Below are positions 1 to 9,749 of a DNA stretch of 64,000 nt, piece after piece. How positions within the stretch are numbered: the stretch's first letter is position 1; every line of letters starts with the position of its first letter. The DNA comes from Rhodothermales bacterium (lineage in GTDB: Bacteria; Bacteroidota; Rhodothermia; Rhodothermales; Bin80): assembly GCA_028278205.1 (NCBI GenBank), contig JANQES010000045.1:16319-80318 (forward strand), read 5' to 3'. The notes beneath the pieces are model-generated. The model was given only the letters and a program-made list of their open reading frames with translations, did not search any database and was not told where the DNA came from. The position numbers and the translations under genes are program-made.

Positions 1-223
1 CGTAGACGCCTGCCCGGTCTACCTCAACCCCAGCCGCCTGGGTTTGCTGGCCAAAGAGCGCAAATACGAGGATATGATGGAGTTTCACATCCTCGATTGC
101 ATGGAGTGCGGCTCGTGCTCGTACGTCTGCCCCTCCAACATCCCGCTCGTCCAACGCTTCCGCGTAGCCAAAGGCCTTTTGCGCGAGAAGATGGCACGGG
201 AGAAGGCTAAGCAAAAGGCGTGA
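1..223 (+). CDS. rnfC: RnfC electron-transport complex subunit, 3' end only
   Basis: Frame 2 reads VDACPVYLNP...ILDCMECGSCSYVCPSNIPLVQRFRVAKGLL...KQKA*, with ferredoxin-type Cys motifs. Stop is at 221-223. It is followed directly by rnfD-G-E-A. Confidence 0.8.
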   Translation, partial: VDACPVYLNPSRLGLLAKERKYEDMMEFHILDCMECGSCSYVCPSNIPLVQRFRVAKGLLREKMAREKAKQKA

Positions 224-273
224 GGCTTGATTCGGATGCGTATCGCTGATTCGAACATAGTGCGGGAGATCTC

Positions 274-362
274 GAATTTTGGATTTTGGATTTGTGATTT
301 TGGATTGGCTGCCAGCGATCCAAACGACAATCCAAAATCCAAAATCTAAAATCTAAAATCGG
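274..362. repeat. GGATTTT-heptamer-armed hairpin element, short form
   Basis: Left arm gaattttggattttggatttgtgattttggattgg. Right arm caatccaaaatccaaaatctaaaatctaaaatcgg is its inverted complement. It fills the rnfC-rnfD spacer. Confidence 0.85.
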
Positions 363-365
363 ACC

Positions 366-1376
366 ATGAGCGCACAGACCCCGAAGTTGCTGCTAACGAC
401 CTCGCCCTTCCTGAAACAGCAGGAAGACACGGCGTGGATTATGTGGCAGGTGAACTACGCCCTGATGCCGGTGGTGCTGGCGGCGGTGTTCTTCTTCGGC
501 CTGCCGGCGCTCCTGGTGACGGCGGCCTGCGTGGCCGGGGCCGCGCTGCCGGAATGGCTGATCCAGCGGACGAGCGATAAGAAGCTGCTCAAAGACGGCA
601 CGGCGGTGATCACCGGGGTTTTGCTGGCACTCACGTTGCCGCCGACGATCCCGCTCTGGATGGCGTTCACCGGCGGCTTCATCGCTATCACGCTGGGCAA
701 ACTGCTGTTCGGGGGGATCGGCTACAGCCTGTTTAACCCGGCGCTGGTGGGGCGGGCGTTTTTGCAAGCCGCCTTCCCCGTGGCGATGACCACCTGGACG
801 CCCAACGGCACGCTGAGCGACTTTTTCTCGGTATCGGGCAGCAGTTTTGCCTGGCCGTTCATGAAGCCCTCGGTGGATGCCATCAGCGAGGCGACGCCGC
901 TGGCGCAGATGAAGTTTTCCGGCCAGGAAACCGGCGTGATGGACCTCCTGCTCGGCTCGACGAGCGGCTCGCTGGGCGAGACCGGCGCCCTCGTCATCTT
1001 GCTCTGCGGCGTCTACCTGGCCTCGCGGCAGGTGCTCAACTGGCGGATCCCGGTGAGCATCTTCCTGACGGTCTTCGCCTTTGCCGGTATCCTCCATCTG
1101 GTCGATCCGTCGGCTCATGCGTCGCCGTTTTTCCACCTGTTTTCGGGTGGGTTGATCATCGGCGCCGTCTTCATGGCCACGGATCCGGTGACCTCGCCCA
1201 ACAGTCAGCGCGGGTGCTGGATCTTCGGCTTCGGCATCGGGGCGCTGGTCGTCATCATCCGCGCCTTCGGCGGCCTGCCGGAGGGTGTCATGTACGCCAT
1301 CCTGCTGATGAACGCCGCCTCGCCCCTGATCAACCGCATCACCCAACCGCGCATTTACGGCACGCGGGGGCAGTGA
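366..1376 (+). CDS. rnfD: RnfD (NqrB/RnfD family, FMN-binding membrane subunit)
   Basis: 336-aa polytopic membrane ORF with the conserved GAVFMATDPVTSP flavinylation motif. Lies in rnf operon context. Confidence 0.9.
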   Translation: MSAQTPKLLLTTSPFLKQQEDTAWIMWQVNYALMPVVLAAVFFFGLPALLVTAACVAGAALPEWLIQRTSDKKLLKDGTAVITGVLLALTLPPTIPLWMAFTGGFIAITLGKLLFGGIGYSLFNPALVGRAFLQAAFPVAMTTWTPNGTLSDFFSVSGSSFAWPFMKPSVDAISEATPLAQMKFSGQETGVMDLLLGSTSGSLGETGALVILLCGVYLASRQVLNWRIPVSIFLTVFAFAGILHLVDPSAHASPFFHLFSGGLIIGAVFMATDPVTSPNSQRGCWIFGFGIGALVVIIRAFGGLPEGVMYAILLMNAASPLINRITQPRIYGTRGQ

Positions 1377-1407
1377 TTTTCTCAACTACCGAACCTGTAC
1401 GACCGCC

Positions 1408-1435
1408 GTAGAGACGTTACATGTAACGTCTCTAC
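1408..1435. repeat. 28-bp perfect palindrome GTAGAGACGTTACATGTAACGTCTCTAC, copy 1
   Basis: Exact self-complementary 28-mer in the rnfD-rnfG spacer. An identical copy lies at 32753-32780. Confidence 0.95.
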
Positions 1436-1487
1436 AAATGTCGCCATAAACACCCACGGCGACACACGCAATCGAATAAAACCTAGC

Positions 1488-2192
1488 ATGGCCGACCCGC
1501 CAAAAACATCCTTCCCCTTTCCGCCGCCGGAGCAGCCCAGCAGCGTTAAGATGATTGCGGTGATGGGCAGCGTGGGGTTGATCGCCAGCGTGTTGCTGGT
1601 GGCGACGTTTCAGCTTACCAGCCCGCAGATCGCCCGCAACAAGCAGGCGCAGCTCGAAGCCGCCGTGCTGGAGGTGCTGCCGGGGGCGACGTATTTCAAA
1701 CCCTTCAGCCCTACCGGCGACGGCGGGCTGGCCGCTGTGAGCGAAGACGACACCCCCGACTTCACGTTCTACGTGGGCTACGACAGCCTCAACGCCAACG
1801 CGCTCGTCGGTGTAGCTATCGAAGCGCAGGGGCAGGGCTATGCTGATGTCATCCGCATCCTCTACGGCTACGATCCCGCGTGCGAGTGCGTCGTCGGGAT
1901 GAAAGTGTTGGAGAGCAAAGAGACGCCCGGCCTCGGCGATAAGATCGCCAAAGACCCGGCGTTTTTATCCAATTTCGAAGCCCTCGACGTGAAACTCGGC
2001 CCGGACGGCGAGACGCTCGTCAACGAGGTGGTCCTCGTCAAGCAAGGCACCAAGACCGAAGCCTGGCAGATCGACGCCATCACCGGCGCGACCATCTCGT
2101 CGCAGGCCATCACCGACATCATCTGGAGCAGCACGCAGGTGCTCTTGCCGCTGATCCAGACCAACCTCACAACCCTTCAGGAAGGCTCATGA
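1488..2192 (+). CDS. rnfG: RnfG (FMN-binding subunit)
   Basis: N-terminal TM anchor and an FMN_bind-type motif ITGATISSQAI near the C-terminus. Its stop overlaps the rnfE start (ATGA). Confidence 0.88.
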   Translation: MADPPKTSFPFPPPEQPSSVKMIAVMGSVGLIASVLLVATFQLTSPQIARNKQAQLEAAVLEVLPGATYFKPFSPTGDGGLAAVSEDDTPDFTFYVGYDSLNANALVGVAIEAQGQGYADVIRILYGYDPACECVVGMKVLESKETPGLGDKIAKDPAFLSNFEALDVKLGPDGETLVNEVVLVKQGTKTEAWQIDAITGATISSQAITDIIWSSTQVLLPLIQTNLTTLQEGS

Positions 2193-2854
2193 CGACGCAG
2201 GAAGAGACCGCCACGCCGCTGCCGCCGCGCTCCGAGCCGCCCTCGGACATGGACACGTTCATCAAGGGGCTCTGGCGGGATAATCCGGTGTTTGTGCAAG
2301 TGCTGGGCATGTGTCCGGTGCTGGCCGTCACCAACACCGTCATCAACTCCGTGGTGATGGGGCTGGCGACGACGTTCGTGCTGTTGATGTCGAGCATCTT
2401 CGTCTCGCTGTTCCGCAAAGTCATCCCCAAACAGGTCCGGATCGCCTCGTTCATCCTGATCATCGCCACGTTTGTCACGATGGCGGATTACGTGATTCAG
2501 GCCGTCAGCCTCGAAGTGCATCAGAGCCTGGGCGCGTTCATCTCGCTGATCGTGGTCAACTGCCTGATCCTGGGGCGGGCCGAGGCTTTCTCGTCGAAAA
2601 ATACCGTCGGCAAGTCGATGCTGGATGCGGTGGGGATGGGCGTCGGGTTCACGTTTTCGCTGCTGTGCCTGGGCGTGGTGCGCGAGGTGTTGGGCAACGG
2701 CACCTTCGCCGGCATCTCCGTCTTCGGCCCCTCCTTCGAGCCCTGGGTGGTGATGATCCTGCCGGGCGGCGCCTTCTTCGTGCTCGGCGCCTGGCTGCTG
2801 TTGTTCAACTGGATGCGCGAGCGGAAAAAGCAACAAGAAGAGGTGTTTGCCTGA
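2189..2854 (+). CDS. rnfE: RnfE membrane subunit
   Basis: Contains LWRDNPVFVQVLGMCPVLAVTNT, typical of RnfE/NqrD. Polytopic membrane protein. Confidence 0.88.
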   Translation: MTTQEETATPLPPRSEPPSDMDTFIKGLWRDNPVFVQVLGMCPVLAVTNTVINSVVMGLATTFVLLMSSIFVSLFRKVIPKQVRIASFILIIATFVTMADYVIQAVSLEVHQSLGAFISLIVVNCLILGRAEAFSSKNTVGKSMLDAVGMGVGFTFSLLCLGVVREVLGNGTFAGISVFGPSFEPWVVMILPGGAFFVLGAWLLLFNWMRERKKQQEEVFA

Positions 2855-3435
2855 TGAAAACCGAATCGCTCTTCTACATCTTCCTCAACGCCTCGCTGAT
2901 CAACAACTTCGTGCTGGCGGCGTTTCTGGGGATCTGCCCATTCATCGGCGTCTCGAAGAAGCTGGAGACCGCCTCGCGCATGGGCATGGCCGTGACGTTC
3001 GTGATGCTCGTCAGCAGCGTCTGCGCCTACGGCGTCCACCTTGCGCTGGTAGCCATCAACGCGCCGTACCTCCAGTTGATCTCCTACATCGTCATCATCG
3101 CCTCGGCGGTGCAACTCGTCGAGATGTTTATCAAGAAATTCAGCCCGGCGCTTTTCCAGGCTCTGGGCATTTTCCTGCCACTGATCACCACGAACTGCGC
3201 CATCCTGGGCCTGGCGCTTTTTCAAACGGCCAAACAGTACGACTTCGTGCAATCGCTGGTCTACGCCCTCGGCGCCGGCGTCGGCTTTGCGCTGGCTATC
3301 ATCCTGATGGCCGGCCTGCGCGAAGAACTCGAACTCTCCGAGATGTCGGACGTTGTCAAAGGAACAGCCATCGTGCTGATGATCGCCGGCATCCTCTCGA
3401 TCTCCTTCATGGGCTTCGCCGGTTTAGGAGGCTGA
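2854..3435 (+). CDS. rnfA: RnfA membrane subunit
   Basis: ATG at 2854 overlaps the rnfE stop (TGATG). Begins MKTESLFYIFLNASLINNFVLAAFLGICPFIGVSKK, typical of RnfA/NqrE. The longer ORF 2311-3435 in the track is an out-of-context 5' extension. Confidence 0.88.
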   Translation: MKTESLFYIFLNASLINNFVLAAFLGICPFIGVSKKLETASRMGMAVTFVMLVSSVCAYGVHLALVAINAPYLQLISYIVIIASAVQLVEMFIKKFSPALFQALGIFLPLITTNCAILGLALFQTAKQYDFVQSLVYALGAGVGFALAIILMAGLREELELSEMSDVVKGTAIVLMIAGILSISFMGFAGLGG

Positions 3436-3437
3436 GC

Positions 3438-3580
3438 GAATTTTGGATTTTAGATTTTGGATTGTGTACCCCCGGCCAATCCAAAAACCGGAAAAGTCGA
3501 AACGCTCCGAATCGCTGCGGCTTTTTCGATTGAGAAAATGGTTTCGAATGAGACCAATCCAAAATCCAAAATCTAAAATC
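3438..3580. repeat. GGATTTT-armed MITE-like element, long form with terminator-like core
   Basis: Arms are gaattttggattttagattttggattg and ccaatccaaaatccaaaatctaaaatc. The core contains gctgcggctttttcgattgag, shared with the copies at 17261 and 53974. Confidence 0.85.
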
Positions 3581-3583
3581 GAC

Positions 3584-3763
3584 ATGTTGTCTCAACTAGC
3601 TATAGCGATCACCGGGCTGGGTCTTTTGATGACGGGCTGGTACGTCGTCCAGGGCTGGGTGCGCCGCCACTCGCCGGAGATCGGTGACGACTGCGACATC
3701 CTCGAAGGCCGCTGGGGCTGCGGCGATTGTATTCTGCACGGACGGTGTAAGCGGGAAGAGTGA
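3584..3763 (+). CDS. small Cys-rich single-TM membrane protein (hypothetical)
   Basis: ATG at 3584 lies just after the repeat. 59 aa: MLSQLAIAITGLGLLMTGWYVV (TM helix) followed by DDCDILEGRWGCGDCILHGRC. Function not recognised. Confidence 0.45.
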   Translation: MLSQLAIAITGLGLLMTGWYVVQGWVRRHSPEIGDDCDILEGRWGCGDCILHGRCKREE

Positions 3764-3922
3764 AGCAATCTGGCTGATTTGTCATTACTCCCGAAATAAA
3801 ATTCATTCTCCCTAAAAAAAATCGACCGATCCCGAAACGGGAGGACGTGCTTTCATGTAGATCTCACTGGTCTTTTGTAGATTGCACGATCACGCTTCAC
3901 CTCTCGGAGAACGGCGTAAAAC

Positions 3923-5233
3923 ATGGCGTACGCAGTACAAACAAGGGATGGCGGAGAGCTTAATCGTTTGTATGAAGAAGATCTCCCGGTTCATGAATGG
4001 TATCGGTTTGTACTTTCCTTTCCGCCACACCTCGTCCGGAAATATATTGAGCAATTTGGTCTGGGAAGATATCATTGGGTGCTCGATCCGTTCTGCGGCA
4101 CCGGCACGACCCTCGTCGAATGCAAGAAAAATGGCATTCCCAGCGTAGGGTTAGAAGCAAACCCCGTCGTTCAGTACGCCGCCTCGGCAAAAGTGAACTG
4201 GAGTGTTGATCCTGATGACTTGATCACCCATGCAGAAGCTGTTGCGGATGCTACGTGCCGAATACTACATGAGGAAGGCCTCGAAGACGATCCGCTGTTT
4301 CAGCCTTTGACGAATGGACATGAGGTTGAGCTGCGCACGCTTTCCAAAGATCAGGAACGGCTGCTCATCAAGAACTCAATCAGCCCGAAGCCGCTACACA
4401 AGGCTATCGTACTCATTGAGCAGCTTAATGGAATGATGGACGAGCGCTTCATCGCGCATGAAAAAACGGCGCTGGCCAAGCAGCTTGTCTATGCCATCAG
4501 CAATCTACGGTTTGGCCCTGAGGTCGGCGTTGGCAAGGCGAAGGAAGATGCTCCCGTCGTCGGCCTCTGGCTTCGCGGCGTCAAGGAAATGGCGAACCAC
4601 CTGCGCCGTGTCCATGACTGCAAAGACGTACCGGCCTTCGTGAAGCTTCATGACTCGCGGGGCCTCGATCCATCGCTGGAGCCCCTTGCCTTTGATGGAA
4701 TCATCACATCGCCGCCCTACCCAAACGAGAAAGACTACTCACGCACGACGCGGCTGGAGTCTGTCTTGCTCGGATTTATGAAGGACCGTGCTGATTTAAG
4801 AGCACAGAAGCAACGGTTGCTGCGCTCGAACACCCGCACCGTCTACAAGCACGATGCCGATGAGCGATGGGTGGAGCACAACGAACGCGTTCAAGAACTT
4901 GCCGACCGTATTGAAGCCAAACGCATCGAGCTAGGCAAGACATCAGGTTTCGAAAAGCTGTATGCGCGAGTCGTTCGGCTCTATTTCGGCGGTATGGCCC
5001 GGCATCTCGAAGAGTTGAAGCAAATCCTCGCGCCGGGTGCCCAGCTTGCTTACGTTGTCGGCGATCAAGCATCTTTCTTCCGCATTCTGATTCGCACCGG
5101 CGAGATCCTTGCCGAAATTGCCGAAGAACTCGGCTATGAAGTCACAGGGATCGATCTTTTCCGTTCTCGCTTTTCAACAGCAACGCAGGAGCAACTCCGA
5201 GAAGAAGTCGTTCTGCTTCGCTGGCCTGGCTGA
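3923..5233 (+). CDS. DNA methyltransferase (N4-C / N6-A type), putative R-M modification subunit
   Basis: Motif I-like VLDPFCGTGTTLVEC near the N-terminus and motif IV IITSPPYPNEKDY about 215 aa later. Lies in a visibly lower-GC segment. Confidence 0.8.
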   Translation: MAYAVQTRDGGELNRLYEEDLPVHEWYRFVLSFPPHLVRKYIEQFGLGRYHWVLDPFCGTGTTLVECKKNGIPSVGLEANPVVQYAASAKVNWSVDPDDLITHAEAVADATCRILHEEGLEDDPLFQPLTNGHEVELRTLSKDQERLLIKNSISPKPLHKAIVLIEQLNGMMDERFIAHEKTALAKQLVYAISNLRFGPEVGVGKAKEDAPVVGLWLRGVKEMANHLRRVHDCKDVPAFVKLHDSRGLDPSLEPLAFDGIITSPPYPNEKDYSRTTRLESVLLGFMKDRADLRAQKQRLLRSNTRTVYKHDADERWVEHNERVQELADRIEAKRIELGKTSGFEKLYARVVRLYFGGMARHLEELKQILAPGAQLAYVVGDQASFFRILIRTGEILAEIAEELGYEVTGIDLFRSRFSTATQEQLREEVVLLRWPG

Positions 5234-5235
5234 TC

Positions 5236-6078
5236 TTACCATTTCGGAGGCTTTGGACGCAGCCGGTAGCGTGCTTGCCGCGTAACTGATGTTGCATTCA
5301 GCTTTGATTTGAGCATCAACAGATCCGCCATCATACACATCGGAAATTCTACGATGTAGATGTCACCGTTGGAGAGAATCTTCACGCCAATAGGAATCAC
5401 ACCGGGCATATCCTTTTCCATAAGCCGTTGTAGCGTCGCAGCGGCGATGCCGACAATCTGATTGAGATTTATGGCGTCTCTGCCCTTTGATTTCGCCTCA
5501 CAGGCAATGGGTATGCGCTGATCATCCTTCTTCATCACAAAGAAGCTGTCCAATTCGTGCGGCTGCACCTTCACAGGCGACTGAACGCGCTTTACCGCTC
5601 CCTTCGGAACGCCGAAGAAGTCGTCCAGGAGATGTCCGTACTCCAGGGCAGCAAGTACGCCACCTTCATCGGGCCGAATGAGATCGAAGGTCTCGGGTGG
5701 AAATGCAATTTGAATTGTCTCTGCCTTCAACTCTGGAGGGCAATTAACCGCTATAGCTCCACCAGCCGGTCCACTACTTCTGAAGAAAACACCCATCGAA
5801 CCGCTGTGAGAGCCTTCACGTAGATAATATCCAGCATCGCGCGCCGAGGGGCTACGAGGATCTGATTTGCCTGTGCGGACAAGATCCTTGACAAAATTGT
5901 TGAGATTTAGCGGCACCTCGCCTCCTGTCGCCAAAATGGCATCATAGACCTCCTGCCTCGTAAACGCGATCTCATCCTGGGGATTGCCTGGATCGTACTT
6001 TTCATTAAAGATGTGTTCGAGCGTATCCGGTTTGCTGTAGGTTCTACGTGCCATGCTCAAACGATAAATGAATCTCAA
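5236..6078 (-). CDS. putative type II restriction endonuclease (PD-(D/E)xK-like)
   Basis: Convergent with the methylase, with 2 bp between the stops. Candidate catalytic pattern is HELD...(19 aa)...CEAKSK. An alternative start (MARRTY) is at 6054. No other family recognised. Confidence 0.5.
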   Translation of the reverse strand: MRFIYRLSMARRTYSKPDTLEHIFNEKYDPGNPQDEIAFTRQEVYDAILATGGEVPLNLNNFVKDLVRTGKSDPRSPSARDAGYYLREGSHSGSMGVFFRSSGPAGGAIAVNCPPELKAETIQIAFPPETFDLIRPDEGGVLAALEYGHLLDDFFGVPKGAVKRVQSPVKVQPHELDSFFVMKKDDQRIPIACEAKSKGRDAINLNQIVGIAAATLQRLMEKDMPGVIPIGVKILSNGDIYIVEFPMCMMADLLMLKSKLNATSVTRQARYRLRPKPPKW

Positions 6079-6099
6079 GGATTGTACTTGTGATACAGA

Positions 6100-6597
6100 T
6101 TACTCAATATTGGTATGAGAATCAAAGCCCACCTTCAGCCGCGCCACCTCCGCCCCAATCCGCTCGACGACCTGCTCGACGCCCTGTGCCACCTCCGGCG
6201 AAAGCCCTGCGCCCGCCTCGTACGTCTTCCCCTCAATCCCGTAAACAATCAAGCGCGGCGGCAACCGATTAAGGACGCGCGCCAATTCGACCGCCTCAGC
6301 CACGCTGAAGGCGTGTGTTGAGTAGTGGAAAAAATCCGTCGGGAGATGCTCGTCGCGCGCGTCGAAGCGGTGGATTTTGCCGGGCCCCGCGCCGGAGCGG
6401 ACGGCATCGACCAGGATGACTACGTCGGCGCCCTGCCACGCCGCCATCAACGCCGCACCCTCACCGGTGGCCTCCAAAACGATCACGCCCGGCAACGCCT
6501 TCTCCCGAAGCGCCCGTGCCACGGCCACGCCGGCCCCATCATCCCCCCGCCACTCGTTGCCGACGCCGATGATTTTTATGGACACGTCACCCGCCAT
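6100..6597 (-). CDS. [NiFe] hydrogenase maturation endopeptidase
   Basis: Contains IIGVGNEWRGDDGAGVAV, ILVDAV and STHAFSVAEAVELA, typical of the HyaD/HoxW/FrhD family. It is the last gene of the hydrogenase operon. Confidence 0.88.
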   Translation of the reverse strand: MAGDVSIKIIGVGNEWRGDDGAGVAVARALREKALPGVIVLEATGEGAALMAAWQGADVVILVDAVRSGAGPGKIHRFDARDEHLPTDFFHYSTHAFSVAEAVELARVLNRLPPRLIVYGIEGKTYEAGAGLSPEVAQGVEQVVERIGAEVARLKVGFDSHTNIE

Positions 6598-6666
6598 CCG
6601 ATATCCGATATCTGATACCCACCATCTGCTACCATCCGCGTTAATCCCCGTTCATCTGCGGTTGCA

Positions 6667-7977
6667 CTATTCCCGCTCCACGTGCAGCTTCAAGAAGTGG
6701 CACGAGCACGAGATGCACGGGTCGTAGTTGCGGATGCCTTGTTCGCATTGCCATTGCAAGTCGTCGTGCGGCAGGTCGAGGTTTTGCTCGACGAAGTGCC
6801 GCATGTCGCTTTCCATGACCTTCTGGTTTTGCGACGTCGGCGGGACGATGCGGGCATCCTGGACGATGCCGGTGTCGTCGATGGTGTAGCGATGCCAGCA
6901 GATGCCGCGCGGCGCTTCGGTGCAGCCCACGCCGGTGCCCGCGCGCGGCTTCACGTCGATGTACGGACGCGGCGGCTGTTCGTAGTTTTCGATGAGATCG
7001 AGGGCTACGTCGCAGGCGTGAATCAACTCGACGGAGCGGACCATGATGCTTTTGAACGGGTTGCGGCATTCCCGCCCGAGGCCCACCTCAAGCGCCGCCT
7101 TCTGCGCGATGGGCACGAGCTTGTCGAAGTTGAGGTTGTAGCGCGCCAGCGGCCCGACCATGTACGCGCCGCGCCCCTTCATCGCCGCGTGCAGCGACGT
7201 CGAGTGCGGCACATGCTCTTCGTAGGCGTGATCGAGGAATTCGTGGATGGGCACGTCGAGCCCTCTGTTCGAGACGAGGCGGCCTTCGAGGATGGCGTAT
7301 TCGTCCTCGTGGCGCAGGGCGACGAATTCGTAGTCCTGCTCGAAATCAGGAAACGGCAGCGTGGCCGTGAATTTCAGCGTGTCGATGGAGGCCTGCCGCG
7401 CCCAGGTCAGGTCTTCGACGAGCGTGTTCAACTCCTTCCGCGACGGCGCGCGGTAGAAGCCGCCGACGCGCGGGTTGATGGGATGGATCTCGCGCCCACC
7501 CAGCATCGTCATGACGTCGTTGCCGATCTTCTTGAGGCGAAGGCCCATCTGCGCGATATCGGGATGATCCTTCGCCAGCGCGATCACGTCCTGGTAACCG
7601 AGGAAGTCCGGCGCGTGGAGCATGAAGACATGGAGGGCGTGGCTTTCGATCCATTCGCCGCAATAGATCAGGTGGCGCAAGTCGCGAATCGGGCCGACGA
7701 CCGAGACGCCGCAGGCATCCTCCATCGCATAGGAGGCGCCCATCTGGTAGGCGATGGGACAGATGCCGCAGATGCGCGCGGTGATGTCCGGAATTTCGGT
7801 AAACATCCGCCCGCGCATAAACGCCTCGAAGAAACGCGGCGGCTCGAAGATGCGCAACTCGGCGTCGGTGACCGTGTCGCCTTTGATCTTTATGTAAAGC
7901 GCCCCTTCGCCCTCGACGCGGGCCAGGTAATCGACCTTGAGGGTGCGGGTGCGTTTGGGTTTAGATGTTGTGCTCAT
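6667..7977 (-). CDS. [NiFe] hydrogenase large (alpha) subunit, group-3b-like
   Basis: N-terminal RICGICP and C-terminal DPCISCSCH metal-binding motifs, with a 9-aa tail for protease cleavage. Start MSTTSKPK at 7977 overlaps the delta-subunit stop by 17 nt. The track ORF extends further, to 8160. Confidence 0.9.
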   Translation of the reverse strand: MSTTSKPKRTRTLKVDYLARVEGEGALYIKIKGDTVTDAELRIFEPPRFFEAFMRGRMFTEIPDITARICGICPIAYQMGASYAMEDACGVSVVGPIRDLRHLIYCGEWIESHALHVFMLHAPDFLGYQDVIALAKDHPDIAQMGLRLKKIGNDVMTMLGGREIHPINPRVGGFYRAPSRKELNTLVEDLTWARQASIDTLKFTATLPFPDFEQDYEFVALRHEDEYAILEGRLVSNRGLDVPIHEFLDHAYEEHVPHSTSLHAAMKGRGAYMVGPLARYNLNFDKLVPIAQKAALEVGLGRECRNPFKSIMVRSVELIHACDVALDLIENYEQPPRPYIDVKPRAGTGVGCTEAPRGICWHRYTIDDTGIVQDARIVPPTSQNQKVMESDMRHFVEQNLDLPHDDLQWQCEQGIRNYDPCISCSCHFLKLHVERE

Positions 7978-8809
7978 GGGCTTCGCTTTCGTGGCGGAAC
8001 GCAGCGGCGTTCGCGTTGAAGGTGCGGAACGAGCGGGCAATGCCGGCATGATCAAGCCCCAGATGCTCGAACCTGTCGGCCAGCGACGTGGTGTTGGGCG
8101 AGTCGTTGGGGCCGTAGCAGCCGTAGCACCCCCGGTTGTAGGCCGGGCAGAGCGCGCCACAGCCCGCGTGCGTCACCGGGCCGAGACACGGCGTGCCGTG
8201 GGCCACCATCACACAGACCGTCCCCTGTCGTTTGCACTCGACGCAGACACTGTGCGACGGGATGACGGGCCGGCGGTTGTTCAAAAAGGCGTTGAGCACC
8301 TCGACCAACTGCACCTTGTTGATCGGACAGCCGTGCAGTTCGTAATCGACGAAGACGTGGTACGAGATGGGCGTCGAGACTTTAAGCGTCTCGATGTATT
8401 GCGGCTGCGCGTAGACCAGCGAGATGAATTCGTTGACGTTCTGGAAATTACGCAACGCCTGGATGCCGCCCGCCGTCGCGCACGCGCCGATGGTGACGAG
8501 GTGCTTCGACGCCCGCCGGATCTTGTGAATCCGCTCGGCATCATGCGACGTGGTGATCGATCCTTCGACCAGCGACACGTCGTACGGGCCACGCACGACG
8601 GCCCGCGTGGCCTCCGGAAAATACGCGATGTCGATGGCATCGGCGATGGCCAGAAGCTCGTCCTCGCAGTCGAGCAGGCTCAACTGGCACCCGTCGCACG
8701 AGGCGAATTTCCAGACGGCTAACTTCGGCTTGCGTGGTGCTTTTTTCTTCGGCATAGCTGGTTTCGCGGTTGGCGTTTTATGCCTGTGTTTGCGTTGGTC
8801 ATGAGTCAC
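7961..8809 (-). CDS. [NiFe] hydrogenase small (delta) subunit, NuoB/20-kDa-like
   Basis: Contains [25 protein letters not shown] and a C-terminal Cys cluster. The upstream ATG at 8809 lies inside a palindromic repeat. The alternative start MPKKKAP is at 8755. Confidence 0.85.
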   Translation of the reverse strand: MTHDQRKHRHKTPTAKPAMPKKKAPRKPKLAVWKFASCDGCQLSLLDCEDELLAIADAIDIAYFPEATRAVVRGPYDVSLVEGSITTSHDAERIHKIRRASKHLVTIGACATAGGIQALRNFQNVNEFISLVYAQPQYIETLKVSTPISYHVFVDYELHGCPINKVQLVEVLNAFLNNRRPVIPSHSVCVECKRQGTVCVMVAHGTPCLGPVTHAGCGALCPAYNRGCYGCYGPNDSPNTTSLADRFEHLGLDHAGIARSFRTFNANAAAFRHESEAHEHNI

Positions 8810-8863
8810 GGGTCATGAGTCATGGGTTCTTTTCTCATGACCCGTGACTCATGACCCATGACC
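8797..8863. repeat. CATGAC/GTGAC-type palindromic element
   Basis: ggtcatgagtcacgggtcatgagtcatgggt, a short loop, then ctcatgacccgtgactcatgacccatgacc. A related copy is at 37937-37996. Confidence 0.85.
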
Positions 8864-8867
8864 TCCA

Positions 8868-9716
8868 TCAAAACTCTCTGACGCTGAAAAATTCCTCAAT
8901 CTGATCGAAGCGAAACACCGGCCCGTCTTTGCAGACGAAATGAGGGCCGTACTGGCAGTGCCCGCACAGACCGATGGCGCACTGCATGTTGCGCTCCATC
9001 GAGACGAAGATCCGGTCGGAGGTTACGCCGCGCCGGTGGAGTTCGCGCACGCAAAAGTGCATCATGATCTCCGGGCCGCAGACCATCGCCAGGGCGTTTT
9101 TCGGGTCGAAGGGCGCGCGGGGAATCAGCGTGGTGATGACGCCGACGTTGCCGTGCCAGGTGCGCGTGGCGCGGTCTACGGTGGCGAAGACCTCTACATC
9201 GAGCCGCGCGCTCCAGCGTCCGAGTTCCTGTTTGTAGAGGATGTCTTCGGGCGTGCGGGCGCCGTAGAGGATCGTCACGCGGTTGTAGCGTTCGCGGTGA
9301 TCCATCAGGTGATAGAGCACCGGGCGCAGCGGCGCCAGGCCGATGCCGCCGGCAATGACGACCACGTCGCGGCCTTCGGCCTCTTCGACCGGCCACGCGC
9401 TGCCGAAAGGCCCCCGGATGCCGAGGTAATCGCCCTCTTTTAAACCACGCATAGCCCCCGTGACGACGCCCACCTCGCGCGTGGTATGGCGCACCACATC
9501 CGACTCGGCAGGATCGCCGCTGATCGAAATCGGGACTTCGCCGACGCCGAAGACGTAGAGCATGTTGAACTGGCCCGGCGCAAACGAAAACCGCCGTTTT
9601 TTCTCCAGTTCGATCTCCAACGTGAAGGTGTCTTGCGTCTCGCGCCGCCGCCGCCGGATACGCCCCACCACGGGCGTCATAGGCCGGGCAGCAACTTGTC
9701 CGTTCGTCATAAACAT
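8868..9716 (-). CDS. hydrogenase gamma subunit (FAD/NAD(P)-binding oxidoreductase with 2Fe-2S)
   Basis: Ferredoxin-reductase-like fold. Contains [15 protein letters not shown] and a C-terminal [10 protein letters not shown] cluster motif. Confidence 0.82.
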   Translation of the reverse strand: MFMTNGQVAARPMTPVVGRIRRRRRETQDTFTLEIELEKKRRFSFAPGQFNMLYVFGVGEVPISISGDPAESDVVRHTTREVGVVTGAMRGLKEGDYLGIRGPFGSAWPVEEAEGRDVVVIAGGIGLAPLRPVLYHLMDHRERYNRVTILYGARTPEDILYKQELGRWSARLDVEVFATVDRATRTWHGNVGVITTLIPRAPFDPKNALAMVCGPEIMMHFCVRELHRRGVTSDRIFVSMERNMQCAIGLCGHCQYGPHFVCKDGPVFRFDQIEEFFSVREF

Positions 9717-9722
9717 AGTCGT

Positions 9723-9749
9723 AAAACGGATTGCGAACGCAATCCGTTT
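9723..9749 (-). terminator. intrinsic-terminator-like hairpin inside the hydrogenase operon
   Basis: aaaacggattgcg-aa-cgcaatccgtttt, with a stem of up to 13 bp flanked by A and T runs. It lies directly after the cNMP-gene stop and 7 nt before the gamma-subunit ATG. Confidence 0.4.

Noticed and set aside
393-1385. 330-aa minus-strand ORF
   Set aside because: It is antisense to rnfD, which has the conserved flavinylation motif. The composition is Arg/Gly/His-rich.
6598-6666. Tandem CGATATC heptamers (ccgatatccgatatctgata) after the hydrogenase large-subunit gene
   Set aside because: There are only about 2.5 units and no inverted partner. This is too short to call as a member of the hairpin families.
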